Positions 32,971 to 52,724 of a DNA stretch of 64,000 nt are shown here, piece after piece. Below the pieces are notes generated by a model. That model ran no database searches. It saw only the letters and a program-made list of their open reading frames with translations, and was not told the origin of the DNA. Numbering within the stretch: the first letter of the stretch is position 1; every line of letters begins with the position of its first letter. The position numbers and the translations under genes were made by a program. Location of the stretch: the NCBI RefSeq assembly GCF_009914755.1, contig NC_060933.1; one strand, written 5' to 3'. Source of the stretch: the human T2T-CHM13v2.0 reference genome, Homo sapiens.

Positions 32971-35075
32971 CTGGTGTGAAAAGAGTCGGCATTTCCCTTT
33001 AGAAGCTGTTGGTGGGAGGCAGGAGGGAGGTGCTGCCCTGCAGGCCCCATCTAACAGTTGGTCATTCCCATGGGGCGCCTGTTACAGTTCTGTGATTAGT
33101 GCCCAGTCCTGGTCCCTGAGAACAGCGCCCAGTCCTGGTCCCTGAGAATGGTGTTTGTGTCCTTTTACTCCTCCCTCTGGGCTTTTGTCATTCTCCATGT
33201 TCTTTTTCCTTCAGTGCCTGGGTTGCCGTTGAACAACTTTCCCTGCCTTTTTCTTATGGTCAATAGGGTATTCAATGGCTTCTTTTTCATTTTTTCCTTT
33301 TTTTTTTTTTTTTACTTTGGCCTTTTGAGACAAGAAATTATTTCTTTATATTTTCTCTAAATTCTGTTTGAAAACTGAACCTCCTTCTTTAGATTATGTC
33401 CCTCTCCTGTCATATTTATTCAGTGACAGTTAGGGGAGGCTGGTAGCACTTTCCATGTTCTTCCCAGATGTCTCCTTAGGCAGATCCCTGAGATGGTGCA
33501 GTGCCCTTTCAGTTTCCATGTTGTGGCCGTAGTTCTCCCACAGTCCCTCAGCACGTAACTCTCAGGCCTTTTCTCCAGTTTCCAATGACATTTTCTCACC
33601 GTTCTTCAGGACCTGACCAAGAGTCTTGATGCCCTTCCAGGTTGCATGAATGGTCTCCTTGAGGCCCAGTTACAGGTCAGCCTCACAGTCGTGTCACATA
33701 TTGTAGCTTCTGATTACCACAGCAGCTCATTTGCAGCTGTCATATTCTGTTCCAGTTATCTATTCTGAAGAAACCATCCCCAAAACTTGGCAGCTTAAAA
33801 CAACTCATTATTACTTGTTTTTTGGCTTAGAGAGTCTTGGTGGCCAGCTCATCTCACACACAGTTGCAGCCAAGCTGGATTGTGTGAAAGCACAGTGGGG
33901 TGGTGTGCAGGGTGGCTCACTAGTGGTTGGGAGTGGATGTTGCTGGAGGCTCACTAGTGGTTGGGAGTCGGTGTTGCTGGAGGCTCAGTGGGGGATGTCA
34001 ATGTGTGTAGCTAGTCATGGACTGGCCGTATGGTTTCCATCATGAGGTCTTAGGGGAGTGGGATTTCCTGCCTGGTGACTGGCTTTCTCCTGGATAAGTG
34101 TTCTGTTTTCTCAGCCTGGCTTCTGAAGTCCCCAAATACCACCTTTGTCACCTTCTGTTGGCCAAATAAGACAGTAGTCTGGTCATTTAAGGGGAATTGG
34201 TTCTCACAGAGAGAGGAGCAGGAAACAATTTGTCACCTTTAGTCTACCAGAAATGAGATTTTTATAACAAGTTTGTTCCAAATACATTCCAGTTCCCCTT
34301 GTGAATACTTTTTTGACTCACAGGGTATTTCAAAGTTTATTACTTGGTTTTCAGACATTTGAGGCTTTTCTGGATATCAATTTGTTGTTGGTTTCTAATT
34401 TAATTTCAAGTGTTCAGACAACATACTTTGTATACTATTTCAGGCTTGAACCTTTTCTCAATCGATCGACATACAGTCTCTCTTGGTACTGCCAAGTACC
34501 ATTTGGGTCAGGATTTTGTCATTTAGATCCGTATTTTTCCTATATTTTTATCTAGTTTTTCCATCAGTTACTGAGAGAGCAGTATTAATTCACCAGCTAT
34601 AATTTTGGATTGTCAATTTCCTGCTTTTGTTCTGTTGTTTTTGATTCACATACTTTGAGGCTCTGTGTGTGTGTGTACTTTGTGTGCACTTTGAGGCACA
34701 ATTTATAATTGTAACATCATCCTCTCTGATTCTTTTATTTTTATTAAATTACCCTGTTTATTTCTGGTGATATATTTTGTTCTGAAGCCTCTTTCATCTA
34801 GTGTTGACATCTCTGTTGAAGTTTTTTATGATTAGTGTCTGGATAGCATATTTTTATGATTAGTGTCTGCATAGCATATTTTTTCTCATACTTTGTTTGT
34901 GTCTTTGTGTCTAAATTGTGTCTCTGTGCATGCAATATTGTTGGGTCTTGCCTTCCTCTCAGGTCTGGCAGTCTCTGTCTTAAGTAGAGTATTTGTCCAG
35001 TTACATTGTAACTAATCATTGCTAAGGTTGGATTTAGGTCTGCCATTTTTCTACTTATTTTCTATTTGTTTGTTT

Positions 35076-35363
35076 ATTTTTTTAAGACAGGGTCTTGCTC
35101 TGTCACCCAGACTGTAGTGCAATGGTGCAATCTTGGCTCACTGCAACCTCTGCCTCCCAGGCCCAACCAATCCTCACTTGAGCCCCCTGAGTAGCTGGGA
35201 CTACAGGTGCATGGCACCACACCTGGCTAATTTCTATATTTTTTGTAGAGATAGGGTTTTGCCATGTTGCACAGCCTGGTCTTAAACTCCTGAGCTCAAG
35301 CAATCTACCCACCTTGGCCTCCCAAAGTGTTCAGATTACAGGCATGAGCCACCATGCCTGGCC
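35076..35363 (-). mobile_element. AluJ-like SINE
   Basis: AGACAGGGTCTTGCTCTG..CTCCTGAGCTCAAG. Confidence 0.85.
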
Positions 35364-35473
35364 TTCATCTGTCTTTTGATCTTCTATATATTCTTTCCTA
35401 ACTTCTTTTGGGTTAAATATTTCTAAATATTCCAATTTGATTAATATTTTGGCTTTTTGAAATAATTTTTATA

Positions 35474-35773
<300 letters not shown>

Positions 35774-37679
35774 TTATAAATAATTTATTATTTCAAATTT
35801 TGGTAACAAACACATACCTTAAAATTTACCATCATAACCAGTTGTAAGTATACAGTTTTGTAGAGTTAAGAATATTTACAGTTTTGTGTAGCAGATTTCT
35901 AGATTTTTTTTTTAATCTTGGAAAACTCTATACCCATTCAACAACTATTAATTTCCCCTTCCTTCCACCTCCTGGCAAGTACTATTCTACTTTGTGTTTC
36001 TAAAAATTTGGCTTATATACCTAGGGTTATATAATATTTGTTGTTTTGTAAGTAGGTTCCATGTTATGTGTCAGATGTGTCAGGATTTTCTTCCTTTCTA
36101 TGGCTGAATAATATTTCTTCATATATATATATTTTCTCTCTCTATATATATATATCCTTTTGTTTATCCATCTATTCCTGGATGGACGTTTTGGTTTCTT
36201 CCACCTTGTGGCTGTGTAATGCTCCTGTGAACATAGGTGTGCACATATCTGTTTGAGGTCCTGCTACTAGTTATTCTGTCTCTGTAGAAGTTGGATGGCT
36301 GGATCATATGGTCATTTTATTTATTTATTTATTTTTTGAGGAGCCAGTTCATATTTCCACCAACAGTGTTCAAGGGTTTCAGTTTCACCTGCACTTGTTA
36401 CTTTCTGTTGGGTTTGAAGTGATGTCCCATTGTGGTTTCTATTTGCATTTCTCTAATGACTAGTGATGTTACACATCTTCTCATATATCTCATGTATCTG
36501 TTGGCTATTTGTATATCATCTTTGCATCTTTGGATAAATGTTCTTTGTCCATTTTTTAATCACTTTATTTTGTTGTTGTGTTGTAGCGGGGTTTTTTGGT
36601 CATGATCATTCATTTGTCTCACAGTTCATTCTTGTTACTTGGGCCAGGGTCATGATCATTCATTATCTCTCAGTTCATCCTCATTACGTTGGGCAAACAG
36701 TCTTGCTGCAGGGTATAGATTATGTTATTCTGTTACTTTCGGGTAGAATTGGGGTCTAGGTTCTAATTGTTTCTAAGTTTAGATTCTGAATGAGAATCAG
36801 CAGAGGTAGACCACCGCTGCTGAGGCCTGGGGATTGCTGGGAAAAAGGCAGGAAACAGATACGGACCTGACCATGGAGGCTTTGTGTTTCACGGCTCCCA
36901 TCTGGGTACCCAAGGAACCTACATGTAGCTCGTGTGTGGAGAGCCTACATTGCCCACTCAAAGCAATTGAGGATGGAACAGTCTTGGGACTGGAGCTCAT
37001 TATTTGGAATGATAACCACATCTGCACAGAGAGGACCTGATAAGATGTTGTCCTTCCATGTATATCTGGGAATCCTGTGTAGGGTCTCTCTGTAAGGACG
37101 GGGCAGTGTTGGCTCCTTGGCCTCTAGTTAGCCTCACAAGTAGTCTAGTAAAGGCTTTTCAAACTTGTCACCATCTGTGGACATTCTGGCCAGCTCTTGT
37201 TTTCACCCTACTGACTTCTTCAGACACTAGGCTTTTGCTTTAGACCATTCATGGTTTTTCTTCCTCTTCAAATCAGTAATCAATAAATCCTCTTCAAGTC
37301 AATAAATTTCTACTCCTTTAGGAAACGCTGATCTTCTGGTCACACCAAGGTTTAATTAACTGGTTTGATTGTTTTTCTGTTTTCTTGGATTTTTTTTCCT
37401 TCTTCCTGGGGGTTTCTAGTAATTCTAGTTTGATGTCTCACTTTCTCCATTTTTTAATTCTTAGTTTTCTTCTGTGATTATTTTCACTGCAGCTGCAGGG
37501 CCTAATCCTGGGTTGGCAGAGAACTAGCACTTACTCTGCCCTAATTGGAATCCAGGAGAGATAGGAGATGCCCTAGTGTGAAAATGTGTTTGCTCCTCTC
37601 TGCTTCTGGTAGTCTCTCTGTAGGAGTTCTTTACGCATTCTGAATGTTCACTTCTTATGAGATACATGATGAGCAACTA

Positions 37680-37892
37680 TAGGTTGAATGTCTCTGATCC
37701 AAAAATCTGAAATCCCAAATGCTCCAAAGTCTGAAACTTTTTGAGTGCCAACATGACACTCAAAGAAAATGCTTATTGGAGCATCTCAGACTCAGGTGTT
37801 TGAATTCGAGATGCTCAACCAGTAAGAATAATGCAAATATTACAAAATCTGAAACACATGCCAAGCATTTCAAATAAGGGACACTCAACTGG
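37680..37892. mobile_element. Tigger4a/MER46-like MITE
   Basis: Terminal inverted repeats AGGTTGAATGTCTCT..AGGGACACTCAACT flanked by TA; internal CCAAAAATCTGAAATCCCAAATGCTCCAAA. Confidence 0.75.
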
Positions 37893-38618
37893 TATTTTCT
37901 TTTATTCTACAGTTTGCCTTTTACCCTGCTGGTTGTGACCTTTGAGGTACAGAAGATTTTAGGTTTGATATATTTTTGCTTTTACTGCCTGAGCTTTTAA
38001 TGTCATATCCTAAAAATTATTGACAAATTCATCGTCATAAAGCATTTTCCAAATTTGTTTTCCCTAGGAGTTTGATAGTTCTAGTTTTACATTTAGGTTT
38101 ATAATTCACTTTGAATTAATTTTAACGTGGTGTAAAGTAAGAGTCCAACTTCATTGTTTTGCATGTAGATATACAATTTTCCCAACACCATTTGTTGAAG
38201 AAACTGTCCTTCACCATTGAGTGGTCTTGGCATCCTTGTGGAAGATCATCAGACCATATATGTCAGGGTTGGTTTCTGAGGTCTCTGTTGTGTTGGTCCA
38301 TAAGTGTGTCAAGAGTGTCTTTATGCCATGACCACATTTTTTTTTGGCTTATTGCAGTTTTGTAATTGTTTTGAGACCTTTAATTTTGTTCTGTTTCAGA
38401 TTGATTTGCCTATTCATGGGCCCTGGAGATTCCATATGAATTTTAGGATAGGTTTTTCTGTTTATCAAAAATGTCATTAAAATCTTTATAAGGATTGTAT
38501 TGAATCTAGGTCACTTCGAGTAGTGTTGACATCATTCCAAGATGAAATCATCTAATCTGCAAACCCAGCTTTTCATTTCATTTATTTGTGTTTAATTTCT
38601 TTCAACAGTGTTTTCTAG

Positions 38619-39286
<668 letters not shown>

Positions 39287-40420
39287 TAGAGATAGGATTG
39301 GCCCAGCTGGTCACGAACTCCTTACCTCAGGTGGTCCACCCGCCTTGGCCTCCCAAAGTGCTGGGATTACAAGTGTGAGCCACTGCAGCTGGCCTCTTTT
39401 TAAAATTTTATTTGCAGATTGTTCATTGTTAGTTTATAGAAATGCAACTGACTTGTGTGTGTTACTGTATCCTGAAACTTTGTTGAATTTCATTATTCTA
39501 CCAGTATTTTGTGGAACTTCAGGATTTTTACACATTACATCCTGTTGTCTGTGAACAAAATTTTGTACTTTTTCTTTTCCAATTTGCATGCTTTTTATTA
39601 CTTTCTCTTGCCTAATTATTCTAAGTAGAAATTCCAGTACTGTGGTGAATAGAAGTGGCAGGAAGAGATGTTGCTATCTTATTCCTGATCCTAGAGGAAA
39701 ATATTTTAGTTTTTCACCATTGAGTATGATGTTAGCTGTAAGCTTTTCATGTATAATCTTTATTTACTGAGGAGTTTCCATATATTACTAATTCTTTGAG
39801 TGTTTTTATTACAAAAGGTGTTCATCTGGCTCTGGAACCAGATAAATGTTGACCTGATAGAATGGATTGGAATGTCCCCTTCTGGTTTTTGAACATTTTT
39901 GGAATATTTTGCAGAGGATTGGCATTAATTCTTCTTGAAATGTTTGGTAAAATTTTCCAGTGAAGTTATCTGGACCTGGAATTTTCTTTTTTTGGGGGGT
40001 TTTTATTACTGGTTGAATCTTCTTACTAGTTACAGGTCTCTTTGGATTTTTTATTTCTCCGTGATGCAGTATGGTGGTTTGTGTTTCTAGGACTTTATAA
40101 ATTTATTCTAGGTTGCCCAGTTTTGTGGCATATGGTTGCTCACATTAGTCTCTTGTAATCTTTTTCATTTCTGTGGCATCTGTTGTACTGTCACCTCTTT
40201 TATTTATGATTTTACTATTTGAGATTTCTCTTTTTTTCTTAATATAGCTGTGAGTTTTAAAATTTGTATCGATCTTTAAAAAAACAAACTCAGTGTTATT
40301 TTTTTCCTTTTTTTCTGGTCTTATTCTGCTTATCTCTGCTCTAATCTGTTATTTTCTTCCTTTTGCTTGGTTTGTCATTAGTTTTTTTTTTCCCTTTCAG
40401 GTAAAATGTTAGGTTATTGA

Positions 40421-40726
40421 TTTGAGATCTTTCTTCTTTTTAATTTAAGCACCTGCAGCTATAAGCTTCCCTTTAGCATGGGTTTGAGATCTTTCTTCTT
40501 TTTAATTTAAGCATCTGTAGCTGTAAGCTTCCCTTTAGCAAGGGTTTGAGATCTTTCTTCTTTTTAATTTAAGCATCTGCAGCTGTAAGCTTCCCTTTAG
40601 CATGGGTTTGAGATCTTTCTTCTTTTTAATTTAAGGATCTGCAGCTGTAAGCTTCCCTTTAGCGTGGGTTTGAGGTTTTTCTTCTTTTTAATTTAAGCAT
40701 CTGCAGCTGTAAGTTTCCCTTTAGCA
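40421..40726. repeat. 62-bp tandem repeat, about 5 copies, derived from L1 ORF2
   Basis: Units start at 40421, 40483, 40545, 40607 and 40669: TTTGAGATCTTTCTTCTTTTTAATTTAAGCATCTGCAGCTGTAAGCTTCCCTTTAGCATGGG. Confidence 0.95.
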
Positions 40727-40911
40727 CTGCCTTTGCTGCTTCCTCCTGAGTTTGGGTATGTCATGGTTTTGTTTTCATTTGCTTAAACTTTTTTTTGTCC
40801 TATTGTAATATAATTGTGTTTTTAATAAAGGTAAGTAATGAAACACATAATGAATTGTGCTTCTGTTTTTATAATATTTTAAGCATTCTTAACTCAGAAA
40901 TGTAAATTTTA

Positions 40912-46112
<5,201 letters not shown>

Positions 46113-46388
46113 TCTTTTGATAGACGCTGACAATCTCTATCTTTGAATTGGTACATTCATACCATTAACATTCAAAGTGATTATTGATATCATTGGATTA
46201 ATATCTACTATATTTGTTACTGTTTTCTATTCATTCTCCTCAGTCTTCATTCTTTTGTCTACCACTCTTTTTCTGCCTTTTGCAGTTTTCATTGATGATT
46301 TTAGATGACTACATTTTCCCTGTCTTTCTTAGCATGTACTTCTCTTTTTAAAACTTTTTTTAACTAGTTGCCACAAAATTTGCAAAAT

Positions 46389-46993
46389 ACATTTACAACC
46401 AATTCAGGTCCACTTTCAAATAACACTATCCAACTATCCCACAAATAAGACTACCTGCTTAACAAACAAAACACCTAATTCCTCAGTAACATTTACAACA
46501 AATTCAAGTCCACTTTCAAATAACACTATCCCACTATCCCACAAATGAGGCTACCTGCTTAACAAAGAACTCACCTAATTCCTCAATATACATTTACAAC
46601 CAATTCAAGTCCACTTTCAGATAACACTATCCCACTTCATGGGTGACTACCTGCTTAACAAAGAAAACACCTGATTCCTCCCTCCCATCCTTCCATTCCA
46701 TTCCTTGTATGATTGTTCCTTATTTCACTTGTGTAAAAGCATACACAATCTATCTGTGTGTATTTATTATTATCTACAAACTTATTGGTCAGATCAATTA
46801 TGAATAAATACATGTTTTTATTGTACCACAATTCCTCCCTCCCATCCTTCCATTCTATTCCTTGTATTAGTGTTACTCATTTCACTTGTGTATAAGCATA
46901 CATAATCTATCTGTGTGTATTTGTTATTGTCTATGAACTTCTTGGTCAGATCAATTAAGAATAAATACATAGGTTTTTATTGTACCACAATTC
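46389..46993. repeat. Two adjacent tandem duplications (~100 bp x3, then ~157 bp x2)
   Basis: ACATTTACAA.. starts at about 46389, 46489 and 46590; ATTCCTCCCTCCCATCC.. starts at about 46675 and 46831. Confidence 0.85.
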
Positions 46994-46999
46994 TTTCTT

Positions 47000-47950
47000 T
47001 AATGCTCTTTTTAAAAAAATGTTGATCCAGGTTTCAGTTATATATCTTTTGTTTCCCTCTAAAGAATTTCATTTAACATTTCTTGCAAGACAGGTCTCCT
47101 GGCAACAAGTTTCTTGAATTTTTATTTTTCTGAGGAAGGCCTTAATTCTCCTTCACTTTTGAAGGGTGTTTTCAGTGGGTACAGAAACTTAGGTTGGTGG
47201 GTTTTTTGATGTCAATATTTGGAATTTTTCATTTCACTGTCTTCTTGCTTTCACAATTTCTGCAATGTTGAATGCAGTTCTTATCTTTGTGTCTCTGTAG
47301 GTAAGGTGTTTTCTGCCCCACCTCTGGTTTCTTTCAGAGTTTTCCTTTATCTTTTATTTCATATGGTTTGAAAATTGTATGTCCAAGTGTAGGTTGTTGG
47401 CATTTATTCTGCCTGGTGTTCTTGGAGCTTCCTGGATCTTTGGTTTGGTGTCTGACATTAATACTGGAAGTTCCCAGAAATGGTTGTTGCAGAACTTTCT
47501 TCTATTTCTTCTCCTCCTGGTATTCTCATTACTCTCTTTCACCTTTTGTAGTTGTCCCACAGTCTTGGATATCATCTTCTGTTCTTTTCAGTGTTTCTTT
47601 TCTTTAGTTTTCGAAGTTTCTGATGATAAATCCTCAAGCTCAGAGATTCTTTACTCAGCTGAGTCCAGTCTACTAATAAGCCATCAGAGGTATTCTTCAG
47701 TTATTTACCACATTTTTTATCACTACATTATGTTGAAGTTTCTTACGATGTCTGTCTTTCTGATTACATTACCCATCTACACTTGAATGCTGTCTACTTC
47801 ATTCATTAGGCCCTTAGCATATTCTCCAGAGGTTTAAAAAAAATTCCAAAATCATATCTTTGTCTGCTTCTGAAGCTTGCTCTGTTGACGCAAATTGTAT
47901 TTTTTTCTTTTTTTGGATTTTAGTATGCCTTGCAATTTTTTCCCTTTATT
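47000..47950 (-). mobile_element. Old L1M ORF1-region fragments
   Basis: ORF 47354..47575 (KPKIQEAPRTPGRIN) is ORF1-like. Confidence 0.6.
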
Positions 47951-48035
47951 CTCATGCATGAAGCACCCACTAAAAGTGACTGTTGTTAGTATAGCTTCAG
48001 TAATGCGGTGATGAGGTGACAGGGCAGGTGATGCT

Positions 48036-48172
48036 CTCTTAGTCTCTTTAGGCTACTATAACAAAATACTTTAGACTGAGTAATTCATAAACAACAGAGA
48101 TTATTGCTCACAGATCTGGAGGCTGGAAAGTCCAAGACTAAAGGGTCAGGATATTTGGTGTTTGGTGAAGGT
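48036..48172. mobile_element. MaLR (MLT1A/MST) LTR fragment truncated by the satellite
   Basis: GGCTACTATAACAAAATAC..GCTCACAGATCTGGAGGCTGGAAAGTCCAAGA runs straight into CAAACATTCAGAC. Confidence 0.7.
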
Positions 48173-51100
48173 CAAACATTCAGACACTTGCAACGACTAT
48201 AGCGACAGCAGCAGTCTTCAGGAATCCTATGTGAGGGACAAACACTCAGAAGCCAGCTGGAGTGTTCTAGAATCCTATGTGAGGGACAAACATTCAGACC
48301 CCAGCAGTAGTGTTGTGGAATCCTATGTGAGGGACAAACTTTCAAACCCTTGTAGCAGTGTTCTGGAATCCTATGTGAGGGACAAAAATTCAGAACCTTG
48401 TAGCAGTGTTCTGGAATCCTATGTGAGGAACAATCAGACCACAGCAGGAATGTTCTGGAATCCTATGTGAGGGACAAACATTCAGAACACAGCAGGAGTG
48501 TTCTGGAATCCTATGTGAGGGACAAACATTCAGACACCATCGGAAGTGTTCTGGAATCCTAGGTGTGGGGCAAACATTCAGACCCTCATAGCAGTGTTCT
48601 GGAATGCTATGTGAAGGAAAAACATTGAGACCCTCCTAACAGTGTTCTGGAATCCTATGTGAAGGACAGACATTTAGACCCTCGAAACAGTGTTCTGGAG
48701 TCTTAAGTGAGTGACAAACATTCAGACCCTCATAGCAGTATTCTGGAATCCTTTTTGAGGGACAGACATTGAGAAACCAGCAGCAGTGGTCTGGAATCCT
48801 ATGTTAGGGGCAAACATTCACACCCCAGCAACAGTGTTCTGGAATCCTATGTTACGGGCAAACATTCACACCCCAGCAACAGTGTTCTGGAATCCTATGT
48901 TACGGGCAAACATTCACACCCCAGCAACAGTGTTCTGGTCCTATGTGAGGGACAAACTTTCAGACCACAGCAGGAGTGTTCTTAAATCCTATGTGAAGGA
49001 CAAACATTCAAACTCCAAGAGCACTGTTCTGAAATCCTATGATAAGGGCAAACATTCAGACCCCAACATGAATGTTCTGGAACCCTATGTGAGGGACAAG
49101 CATTAAGACCATAGCAGGAGTATTCTGGAATCCTATGTGAGGGACAAACATTCAGACCCTTGTAGCAGTGTTCTGGAATCCTATGTGAATAACAAACATT
49201 GAGACCACAGCAGGAGTGTTCTGGAATCCTATGTGAGGGACAAACATTCAGACCCCAGCAGGAGCGTTCTGGAATCCTATGTGAAGGACAAACATTCAGA
49301 CCCTCGTAGCAGTGTTCTGGAATCCTATGTGAGGGAAAAACATTCAGACCACAGCAGGAGTGCTCGGGAATCCTATGTGAGGGACAAACATTCAGAACCT
49401 CGTAGCAGTGTGCTGTAATCTTATGTGAGGGACAGACATTTAGACCCTCGCAGCAGTGTTCTGGAATCCCATGTGAGGGACAAACATTCAGACCCTCCCA
49501 GCAGTCTTCTGGAATTCTATGTGAGGGACAGACATTCAAACCCCAGCAGCAGTGTTCTGGAATCCGATGTGAGGGACAGACATTCAGACCCCAGCAGCAG
49601 TCTTCTGGAATCTTATGTGAGGGACAAATTTTCAGACCCTCGTAGCAGTGTTGGAATCCTATGTGAGATACAAACATTCAGACCCTCATAGCAGTGTTCT
49701 GGAATACTATGTGAGGGACAACCATTCAGACCATGGCAGTTCTGAAATGCTATGTGAAGGACAAACATTCAGACCCTCGTAGCAGTGTTCTGGAATCCTA
49801 TGTGAAGGACAGACATTTAGACCCTCGTAGCAGTGTTCTGGAATCCTTTATGAGGGACAGACATTGAGACCCCAGCAGCAGTGGTCTGGAATCCTATGTG
49901 AGGGACTAACATTCACACCCCAGCAACAGTGTTCTGTAATCGTATGTGAGGGACAAGCATTCAGACCCCAGCAGCAGTGTTCTGGAATCTTATGTGAGGG
50001 ACAAACATTGAGACCCTCGTAGTAGTGTTCTTGAATCCTACATGAGACACAAACATTCGTACCACAGCGGAAGTGTTCTGGAATCCTATGTGAGGGACAA
50101 ATATTCAGACCCCAGCAGGAGGGTTCTGGAATCCTGTGTGAGGGACCAACATTCAGACCCTCATAGCAGTGTTCTGGAATCCTATGTCAGGGACATTCAG
50201 ACCCCAGCCACAGTGTTCTGGAATCCTATGTCAGGGACATTCAGACCCCAGCCACAGTGTTCTGGAATCCTATGTGACAGACAAACATTCAGACCACAGC
50301 AGGAGCATTCTGGAATCCTATGTGATGGACAAACTTTTAGACCATAGCAGTAGTGTTCTGCAATCCAATGTGAGGGACAAACATTTAGAGCCCAGCAGCA
50401 GTGTTCAGGAATCCTATGTGAGGGACCAACAATCAGACCCTCGTAGCAGTGTTCTGAAATCCTCTGTGAGGGACAAACATTCAGACCCCAGCTGCAGTGT
50501 TCTGGAATCTTATGTGACAGACAAACATTCCGACCACAGGAGGAGAGTTCTGGAATCCTATGTGCGGTACAAACATTCAGACCACAGCAGGAGAGTTCTG
50601 GAATCCTATGAGAGGGACAAACATTCAGACCCCAGGAGCAGTGTTCTAAAATCCTATGTTAAGGGCAAGCATTCACATCCCAGCGTGAATGTTCTCGAAT
50701 CCTAGGTGAGGGACAAACATTCAGAACACAACAGGAGTGTTCTCGAATCCTATGTGAGGAACAAACATTTAGACCAAAGCAGGAGTGTTCTGGAATACTA
50801 TGTGAGGGACAAACATTCAGACCCTCTTAGCAGTGTTCTGGAGTCCTATGTGATGAACAGACTTTCAGACCACAGCAGAAGTGTTCTCGAATCCTATGTG
50901 AGGAACAAACATTCAGACCACAGAAGGTGTGTTCTGGAATACTATGTGAGGGACAAACATTCAGAGCCTCTTAGCAGTGTTCTGGAGTCCTATGTGATGA
51001 ACAAAATTTCAGACCACAGCAGGAGTCTTCTGGAATCCTATGTGAGGGTCAAACATTCAGACCCCAGCAGTAGTGTTCTGGAATCCTATGTGAGGGTCAA

Positions 51101-52724
51101 ACATTCAGACCCCAGCAGTAGTGTTCTGGAATCCTATGTGAGGGCAAACATTCAGACCCACGTGGCAGTGTTCTGGAATCCTATGTGAGGGACAAATATT
51201 CAGACCACAGCAGGAGTGCTCTGGAATCCTATGTGAGGGACAAACATTCAGAACCTTGTAGCAGTGTCCTGGAATCTTATGTGAGGGAGAGACATTTAGA
51301 CCCTCACAGCAGTGTTCCGGTATCCCATGTGAGGGACAAACATTCAGACCCTCCCAGCCGTGTTCTGGAATTCTATGTGAGGGAAAGACATTCAAACCCC
51401 AGCAGCAGTGTTCTGGAATCCGATTTGAGGGGCAGACATTCAGACCCCAGCAGCAGTGTTCTGGAATCCGATTTAAGGGGCAGACATTCAGACCCCAGCA
51501 ACAGTGTTCTGGAATGCTATGTGAAGGACAAACATTAAGACTCTCGTAGCAGTGTCCTGGAATCATATGTGAGGGACAACCATTCAGACACCAGCAGAAG
51601 TGTTCTGGAATCCTAGGTGTGGGAAAAACATTCAGAACCTAGTAGCAGTGTTCTGGAATCCTATGTGAGGGACATACATTCAGACCACGGCAGCAGTGTT
51701 CTGGAATGGTATGTGAAGGACAAACATTCAGACCCTTGTAGCAGAGTTCCAGAATTCTATGTGAGAGACAAACATTCAGACCACAGCAGCAGTGTTCTGG
51801 AATCCTATATGACGGACCAACATGCAGACCCTTGCAACAGTGTTCTGGAATACTAGGTGAGGGAGAAATATTCACACCCTCGTAGCAGTGTTCTGGAATT
51901 CTATGTGACTGACAAACATTCAGACTCCAGCAGCAGTGTTCTGTAATCCTATGTGAGGGACAAACATTCAGACCCCAAGAGCAGTGTTCTGAAATTCTAT
52001 GTTAAGGGAAACATTGAGACCCCAGCATGAATGTTCTGGAATCCTATGTGAGGGACAAACATTCAGACCACGGCAGGAGTGTTCTGGAATCTTATGTGAG
52101 GAACAAACATTCAGACCACAGCAGGAGTATTCTGGAATCCCATATGAGGGATAAGCATTCAGACCCTCGTAGCAGTGTTCTGGAATCCTATGTGAGGGAG
52201 AAGCATTCAGAGCACAGCAGGAGTGCTCTGGAATCCTATGTTAGGGACAAACATTCAGAACCTCGTAACATTGTGCTGAAAACCTATGTGAGGGACAGAC
52301 ATTTAGACCCTCGCAGCAGTGTTCTGGAATCCCATATGAGGGTCAAACATTCAGATCCTCGCAGCAGTGTTCTGGAATTCTATGTGAGTGACAAACATTC
52401 AGACTCCAGCAGCAGTGTTCTGTATTCCTATGTGAAGGACAAACATTCAGAATCCAGGAGCAGTGTTTTGAAATCATACGTTAAGGGCAAACATACAGAC
52501 CCTAGCATCAATGTTCTAGAATCATATGTGAGGGACATACATTCAGACCCTCGCAGCAGTGTTCTGGAATCCTAGATGGGGGACAAACATTCAGACCCCA
52601 GCAGCAGGCTTCTGGAATCCTATGTGGGGGACAAACATTCAGACAATGGCAGCACTGTTCTGGAATCCTATGTGAGGGACAAACACTCAGAGCCTTGTAG
52701 CAGTGTTCTGGAATCCTATGTGAG
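48173..52724. repeat. CER 48-bp centromeric satellite, about 95 monomers
   Basis: Tandem GAATCCTATGTGAGGGACAAACATTCAGACCCCAGCAGCAGTGTTCTG. Confidence 0.93.

Noticed and set aside
36790-37250. Possible cryptic exon for the orphan promoter in non-repeat-looking sequence
   Set aside because: No splice sites or homology that I can support from the sequence alone.
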